64,000 nucleotides of DNA. Origin: Lama guanicoe. Taxonomy: Eukaryota. The notes under the pieces were generated by a model. It was not told the DNA's origin. It saw nothing but the letters and a program-made list of their open reading frames with translations, and made no database searches. The stretch covers positions 2,045,374 to 2,109,373 of the forward strand of contig MU054220.1 in the NCBI GenBank assembly GCA_013239625.1. The letters run 5' to 3'. A program made the translations under genes and the position numbers. Of this stretch, positions 55,242 to 64,000 are shown piece by piece (the first letter of the stretch is position 1; every line of letters begins with the position of its first letter).

Positions 55242-55603
55242 TGAGCCTCCAGTGCTTCTGAGAACCTTCCTTGCACCTGTCGCAGTTGCCATTGTTTCTG
55301 GCCAAGAAATTTGAGGTTGGCGGTGACGTGGGCTCATTCCTCCCTCTGCTGGACATTTAGGGTGGTACAACATTGAGACTTAGGGAAGACTCGTTGAGCT
55401 TCCCTGTCCCCACCTAATTCATGCAAACATTTCCTGTGTGTCAGGTATTCACTCTGCCCACAGATGGGGCAGATATGAAAATTAATAAGACATAGTTCCT
55501 GCCTTCAGGGATCACATACCCTAACTAAATGCCTACTAACTAGCCTTGGGACAGCTTCTGCCAATCTTTGGCCTTAACTGACCCTCTTGCTTTGGGCTTT
55601 TGA

Positions 55604-55741
<138 letters not shown>

Positions 55742-56709
55742 TAGGACAACTGCCTCAATGGACGTGCCTTGTGAGGGTGGGTGGAAGGAACAAGGGATAG
55801 GAGCTCAGGGGATTGCCTGTCGTGGGGAGGAGCCAGGCTCCTCAGGTAGCCCCTGGAGAGGAAGAACATAAGAGGCTGAGGGCTCCAATGCCAAAACCTA
55901 GGGCTGAGGGCCCAGCAGTAGTCCCTGAAGGCTCAGTGACACCACCCAGCCAAGTATGAACTCCCACAATCAGGCTTGTGTATCATTTCACCAGGAAGGA
56001 TGCTTTGTCTATAGGCAGCAAGAGGGTTCCAGGCCCCTCTAGAAAGCAGAGGAATGGATCCCTAGCTGTTTACCTTTAGCCTCACCCTGTTAAAGACTTT
56101 CTCTCAGCCCCTAAACCAGAGAGCTGAGGTTAGGACTTCTGATGATGCTGTGTACACATGGGCCCTGGATAAATAAGTGTCTGGTGGGTGAAAGATAATG
56201 GAATTTCCTGATCTGCTACTTTGGCTTCCTTTGAGCCCCTACAAAGGTATTGCCTCGAGAGTGTGACCTTGTCTAGCTTAGTGGCCCTGTCTAGCTTAGA
56301 GGCACAGGTGATTTTTTCCTAATAGTCCAGAGAGAAGTGATCCAGATGGATGGCATGACCTGTAAGTGGCCAGAGGAATTCTTCACACATCGTAGCTCTT
56401 CTCACTTACTGCTGTGTGCCCACAGACCCTCTTATCTCTGGTTAAAATCAGATCTCTCTTGAGATCTTGAAATTAGGGAAACCATTCAGAGGAACAGGGA
56501 CAATAGTCATTCAACACACATTGATTGAGAACCACATTTCCTTGCATTCTTTTGTGCCCAGCTCTTCCTATATTCTTAAAGGCTTCCCAGAGCTTAAAAG
56601 CAGATGGTAAAGTTAGGCAGGAAGTGCCTTTCCAGGCAGAAAAGTATACTGGGAAATATTCAGACAGACCAGGAGAGGGGCAGGGGGTGAAGAGCAGCCA
56701 GCTGGGAGA

Positions 56710-56962
56710 AAGCTGTGTAGGGCTGTGGGCAGAGCTTCGTCTCTGGAGTCAGACCTGATTTCAAGTCCCTGCTCCGGCTTTGTAGCCATGGGATGCCGGG
56801 CCACTTAGTTGGCCTCCATTAGCCTCAGGATTGCTTATCTAGAAAATGAGAATAAGAATAGCATGAACCACAAAGGGCTGTTGGGAGGGTAAAGGAGACA
56901 AAGCAAGAAAAGCACCAAGCTCAGTGCCTGGCAAGGAGGAAGTGCTCACCAGTGGTCATTAT
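56710..56962 (+). mobile_element. MIR SINE
   Basis: TCTGGAGTCAGACCTG...GCCTCAG...CTTATCTAGAAAATGAG...AAGGGCTGTTGGGAGG. Confidence 0.7.
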
Positions 56963-57362
56963 TGGCTGAAGCTGGGAAGAGAAGAGCAAGAGGAAGGGAT
57001 CTAGATGGCAGAACAGAGCAGAGGTCCTGAAGCAGACACTGCAGACAGAGAGGTAGAGTGGAGGCTGACGGTGATCTAGCCAGTACACCGGAGACTGAAT
57101 AAAGAGGAGAGAGAAGTTGAGATGAAGCTGACAGACACTTAAACATGATGCACTTCTGGGCCCTTACATTGGATCCTAGAGTCTGATTCTGCCAGCACGG
57201 GCTGCCCGATGCTCGAAGGGGGCCCCCGATGTGAAGAGTAGGGGACAAAGGGCACCAGATCCCAGGAAGTGTGATTGAACCAGATGTCACACAGGGGAGC
57301 GCCTGTGTCTGTCACTGTTATTGGATTTAGAGCATTAAAAGAAGACCCCTTTCGGCCTTTGA

Positions 57363-57830
<468 letters not shown>

Positions 57831-58187
57831 GTATGCAGAGGGCAGCAATACCCTGGCTTCTTAGGATTCCTCTTATTTAAAACCCTGGCCTCAGGTAGAA
57901 GGGGCCCAGTGCCCCTCCCAGACCATTTCTGTCTTGACCTGGAATCCTTGGTAGGTCAGGGGTGGTCGGGCTGCTGCAGAGCTGAAGCTAGAAGCTCACA
58001 TCTGAGGGTTTGGCATTTGCCATTCAAATGGCAGCTACTTCTGTTATGCAGCTGATGCTTGAGAATGTTTTGAGGCATTTCAAATAAGGAATCTATGCCC
58101 TGTGGTTTTCCTTCCATCACTGTCTTGGTAAAAGACGCATTTTCTATTAGCCATCTAAGTATGGGAGGCAAGTGGAGTGCCTTAAAC

Positions 58188-58373
58188 CAGAGCTACTCAA
58201 AGTGTGGTCCCTGAACCAGCATCATCAGAATCACCTGGGAACTTGTTAGAAATGCAGGTTCCTGGGCCTCCCAGGACACCTGCTGAATCAGAATCTTTGG
58301 GGGTTAGGTTTGGGAATCTGTATTTTCACAAGCACTTTTGGTTCTTATGCACAATAAAGTTTGAGAAACATTG
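58188..58373 (+). mobile_element. MER5A-like hAT-Charlie element
   Basis: CTCAAAGTGTGGTCCC...ATCACCTGGGAACTTGTTAGAAATGCAG...AGTTTGAGAAACATTG; 8-bp TSD CCTTAAA(C/T). Confidence 0.88.
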
Positions 58374-58548
58374 CCTTAAATTATAGGACAGAGTGGGTTG
58401 CTTGGATTGAGGAGATCTTGCTCTTCCAAGAAATGGAACTGATCGAAATTTAATTCACTAAATATCCTTTGTGCATTTATTACAAAGTATTTCTTGAGCG
58501 TCTATAGCATGCCAAGCTCTGTGCTGGATATGGAAGGTAAGAGGGTGA

Positions 58549-58701
<153 letters not shown>

Positions 58702-58881
58702 TGAGCTCCTGCCCCTTTGGAACAAGCTCCACCCCACCCCCAGATCTGAGTACTAGTGGAGAATCTGGAGTTTAGAGAGAGTGGTTAGATCTCATGGGTG
58801 CACCAAGGAAGCAAGGGAAGCTATAAAAACCACAGAGCATCGTGACAACTCTGTCTCCTTCGTGGACAGGAAACCTTTACA

Positions 58882-58916
58882 TTTCTTTCTTTCTTCCTTT
58901 CTTTCTTCCTTTCTTC

Positions 58917-58959
<43 letters not shown>

Positions 58960-59001
58960 TCGTTTCTTTCTTTCTTTCTTTTCTTTTCTTTTCTTTTTTT
59001 T
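58882..59001. repeat. (TTTC)n/(TTCC) microsatellite
   Basis: Pyrimidine tract of about 120 bp at the head of an antisense L1 fragment. Confidence 0.95.
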
Positions 59002-59514
59002 GTCTATTGCAAAAGTATTCATTGTTTAAGAAACAATTAAGTTTGTAGAAAGTGAAGATTCCCTATAATCTCACTCTCCAACAGGAACCGTTGTTAATAG
59101 TTTATGGTATTTTTTTCCAGATTTTCTTCTGTGTGTTTATATATATGTAGTGGTGGTGGTGGTTTTGGTTTTATAGCAATGGCATATTGTTCTGTAACTT
59201 GGTTTTTTCACTTGGTTGTATATCTTGGATATCTTTCTATTTTTTTTATATAGATCTATTTTGTTCTCCTTGATAGTTATATCGATTTCTGTTGTTGATG
59301 TACCATAATTATTTAGCCCATCCAATCAAGGAAGCATTTAAGACCCTGGGATACTTTCTGATAGTGATATAAAATATCAGACTTTTAGGAGGCTGGGAAC
59401 TGAGACAAGAGGCTGGGGTAGCTACCACAAGCAAAAACTGTTAAACCCTAGAACCCTGAATCCCCACTGAGTATTAACTGGAAGGGTTGTAAGACATCCC
59501 TTGCCTGTGCCCAG

Positions 59515-59716
59515 GTACATGTATTGGACGGACTGGGGTGCAAGCCCCAAGATTGAAAGAGCTGGCATGGATGCCTCAGGCCGCCAGGTCATCATCTCTT
59601 CTAATCTGACTTGGCCTAATGGATTAGCCATTGACTACGGGTCCCAGCGGCTATACTGGGCTGATGCTGGCATGAAGACGATTGAATTTGCTGGACTGGA
59701 TGGCAGCAAGAGGAAG
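59515..59716 (+). CDS. LRP4: LRP4 exon 20
   Basis: cccag|G...AAG|gtaaga; [15 protein letters not shown]...DGSKRK; 202 nt. Confidence 0.97.
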
Positions 59717-59999
59717 GTAAGAGTGGCGCTAAGGCATCCTCCCACAGCCCTGACAGCCTCCAGGGCAACACTTCCCGGCTGGCAGGTGACAGGTGCTAGG
59801 GGGACCTAAGACTGACCAAGTATGGGATGTATGCAGTTTCTCTGAGACTGTGGCTGCCCTTTAGAGCCCAGGGGCCCTGCTGCTTGGTGATGAAAGGACA
59901 CTAGGGATCATGTGGATTGTGGGCATAAGTGCTTTCCTAATAATCATCACAACTCACATTGATCACCAGCAGCATCCTGGTCCCACGACTTCTCTCTCT

Positions 60000-60815
60000 C
60001 TGTTTTTATTGTTTATTTGTCAAACTTACAGAAAAGTTTTAAGAGTAGTCAAAAGAACCAATAACTAACATTTTGACACTTTGTTATACCATTCTCATTT
60101 CCTCTCTCTTTCCCTCTGTAGACACACACACACACACACACGCACACAAACACACACATATACACACGTATTATTTTTCTGAACCATCTGAGATTAAATT
60201 AGAGACATCTTGCCCTTGAACCCAAAATATTCCAGTGCATATTCCCTAAGAACAAGAACATTGTCTTATATAATCACAGTGCAATGATGCAATGATCAAA
60301 ATCAGGAAATTAAACATTGATATAATATTAACTATCTAATCCACAGTCCATATTCAATTTCACCACCAATTGCCCCAGTAATGTCCTTTACAGCTTTTTT
60401 ATTTTCTTTTTTCTTTTTTAGACCAGGATCCAATCCCAGATCACAAATGTTTTTAGTAATTATGTCTCTTTAATCTCTAATCTGGAACATTTCCTCGACC
60501 TTTCTATGTCTTTCTTGATCTTTGTATTTTTAAAGAGTAAATGCCAGTTATTTTGTAGAATGTCCCTCAATTTGTCTGATGTTTCCTTGTGATTAGATTC
60601 AGATTATGCACTGGGAACAGGAATACTACATTAAGTGAAGTTGTGTCCTGAGTTCTCATTGTGTTTTATCAGTAACCACAGATGTCAGCTTGTCCCATCA
60701 TTGTGATACTAAATTTGATTGTGTGGTTAAGATAGTGTCCACTGTAAAATTGCTATTTTCCCTTTTGTAATTACTAAGTAAGTTGTGCAGAGATACTGTG
60801 AGGTTATGTAAATAA
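60000..60815 (-). mobile_element. L1MC4/5-like 3' end with internal CA repeat
   Basis: CCTAAGAACAAGAACATT, CAGGATCCAATCC, GTTATTTTGTAGAATGTCCCTCAATTTG. Confidence 0.75.
60122..60167. repeat. interrupted (CA)n microsatellite
   Basis: ACACACACAC...CGCACACAAACACACACATATACACAC. Confidence 0.9.
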
Positions 60816-61046
60816 TACATGATCTTTTACAGTCATCACACAACACTTGGAGCCAGACACTGTCATGATCATATCACAGATTGGCAGACCAAGGCTCTGA
60901 GAGATTTTATCACCAGCTCTTGCTCAAGGTCACACAGCAGGTGGTCCTGGCAGAGCTGCATTCTGCATCCTCACCTGAGCACTTGGCCACTACTCTGTAC
61001 TATCAAACCTTGCTGGGGGATGACACAAGTGCTGGGGCCCTGGCAG

Positions 61047-61236
61047 GTGCTGATTGGAAGCCAGCTGCCCCACCCATTTGGACTGACCCTCTATGGCGAG
61101 CGCATCTATTGGACTGACTGGCAGACCAAGAGTATACAGAGTGCCGACCGGCTAACGGGGCTGGACCGGGAGACCCTGCAGGAGAACTTGGAAAACCTCA
61201 TGGACATCCATGTGTTCCACCGCCGGCGGCCCCCGG
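61047..61236 (+). CDS. LRP4: LRP4 exon 21
   Basis: ggcag|GTG...G|gtgagc; [24 protein letters not shown]...HRRRPP; 190 nt. Confidence 0.97.
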
Positions 61237-61301
61237 GTGAGCAGCCCTTGGCCCACACTGGCTTCTCCTCAGCTTCCCTCTGCCGTACTCCTCGCCATTG
61301 A

Positions 61302-61541
<240 letters not shown>

Positions 61542-61639
61542 TGAGAAAGCGTGAGTCCTGGTGCTTCTAGAGGCTTAGGAGATAGACAAAACTTTTAGGA
61601 AAAAGAAGAGGTCCAGGGGAGCAGATAGACAGGGTTAGA

Positions 61640-61890
61640 AGCAGGGTCCAAGTAATTCTCATGGAGTCTTCACATATATTAGAAAAAGATGCTCCCCTCT
61701 TAAACAATTTACGTTCATCTGTTGTGAAATTGTCATAATATACTGATTCAGTTGAACAAACTTCAGCTCCATCTGCCCAAAATTGGTATAATAAATATTA
61801 AAACATATGATGCCTACAATGTAATAGTATCTCCCTTGGAAATGGCACCTTTGTAAGTATGCACAACCAGTACAACCTTTGTGACAACCT
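61640..61890 (-). mobile_element. MER91-like element (inverted)
   Basis: GGCACCTTTGTAAGTATGCACAACCAGTACAACC end; AATTTACGTTCATCTGTTGTGAAATTGTCATAATA resembles the reverse complement of 50189-50224. Confidence 0.55.
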
Positions 61891-62388
61891 TAACTGAAAG
61901 GTCTCAGAAGCAGGACATAGCTGCCCAGATGTTGGAAGTTGATGTTTCTCCCTAGGGGCTGCACATGGTAGGCTGCATTTGAACTCTAACTTCCTAGGAA
62001 ATTTGAGTAAGAAAGGAGCTATGAATTGTACCTCTCAGGTTATGCGTAAAACCCTCCTTCACTTAACATGAAGATTCTTAAACTTCACGGTAAAAGGTCC
62101 CTCAGAGAGATTCACTTCCGTGATGTTAATAAAGAGCTGTCATTTATGACTACGTATCAGACCCAAGGCTAAGGGCTTTCTGTATGTGATCTCTTTTATT
62201 CATATAGGCACCCACCCTGTTATTGTCCTCATTTTACAGATGATAAAACTGAGGCTTAAACAATTTAAATAATTTGTCCAGGATCACACAACTAGAAACT
62301 GGAAACAGGGCATGAGCTTCAGTTTGCTTTACTCCAAATCCTCTTCATGGCTAGGGTGACTGTCCTTTTTCCTTCTCTCCTGACCTGA

Positions 62389-62622
<234 letters not shown>

Positions 62623-62698
62623 TAAGAGTCTGGGGGCTCCCTGTTCCCTCTGGCACAGCCCCTTCCCTGTCTCTACAGTGCTTTCTCTTTGGTTATAA

Positions 62699-63034
<336 letters not shown>

Positions 63035-63062
63035 TAAGGCAAGAGCCAGTGTGCTCTCTTGA

Positions 63063-63245
<183 letters not shown>

Positions 63246-63399
63246 TGAGAGCGGCTCTGTGGCTCTGGGCGGCAGGTTGGGCTGGCTCAGCAGGGACTAT
63301 AGACGGGATGAAGTGGGCAATGGAGAGCAAGCGTGCTTCACAGGAGTACCAAGACTGCCCTCCCTGGGGCTCGTCCCTTGTGACTTCTTTCATGGTGGC

Positions 63400-63830
63400 A
63401 GTATAGTGTAGAAGTTAAAAGCATGAGCCTTAGAATTAGAAATCCGGGATTCAAATGTCTTCACCATTTGTTAGCTGCATCTGTCTTTTTGGGTCCAGTA
63501 TTTAACCTCCTCAATCCTCAGTCCTCAGCTTTCTTACCTGTAAAATGGAGGTGACAGTGAAAATACATGCCGCATGGTCCTTGTGAGAATTAAATAGAAA
63601 ATGCTTAGAAAGTACTTTTTTTAACTGTAAGAAACATAACGTTAAATTTAACATCTTAATGATTTTTCAGTATACAGTTCAGTAGTGTTAAGTGTATTTA
63701 TATCATTGTCAAATAGATCTCCAGAACTATTTCATTTTGCAAATCTAAATATACTTTATTAAACAACAACTCCCTTTTGTTCATATAAAAAACTTTTCAC
63801 AGTGTTTGGCATATTATAAGTGCTCACAGA
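63400..63830 (+). mobile_element. MIR interrupted by an antisense L1 3' fragment (about 63616-63775)
   Basis: CTCAGCTTTCTTACCTGTAAAATGGAG MIR core; L1 motif AGTATACAGTTCAGTAGTGTTAAGT. Confidence 0.7.
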
Positions 63831-63859
63831 ATACAGGAGCTGTGAAAATAACCAGGTAG

Positions 63860-64000
<141 letters not shown>

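Noticed and set aside
56268..56303. 18-bp near-tandem repeat (C[T/C]TGTCTAGCTTAG[T/A]GGC x2)
   Set aside because: Trivial slippage duplication with no functional context

Overview
This is mammalian genomic DNA, probably camelid: it carries tRNA-derived SINEs that resemble the camelid Vic-1 family. Two genes lie head-to-head, with start codons about 9 kb apart. On the + strand are LRP4 coding exons 1-25 and the start of exon 26 (ATG at 34403, running off the window end). They encode the signal peptide, 8 LDLa repeats, EGF repeats and YWTD beta-propellers 1-3. Every junction is GT-AG and phase-consistent, with no visible disabling lesion. On the - strand is the first coding exon of CSTPP1/C11orf49 (MLSPERLALPDYEYL, ATG at 25432), whose intron 1 fills positions 1-25386. 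The rest is repeat-rich intronic or intergenic DNA (L1, L2, MIR, MaLR/ERVL solo LTRs, MER20/MER5A/MER91 hAT elements, microsatellites). I do not see a novel multi-gene system. The most notable observations are: a perfect 190-bp tandem duplication in LRP4 intron 12; a frame-preserving, stop-free 69-nt candidate cassette exon in CSTPP1 intron 1; a 26-bp inverted repeat made of two TCF/LEF sites in LRP4 intron 1; an RFX X-box overlapping an out-of-frame upstream ATG at CSTPP1; and two in-frame, stop-free LRP4 introns. Repeat family names and comparisons with human proteins are from memory, not from database searches.
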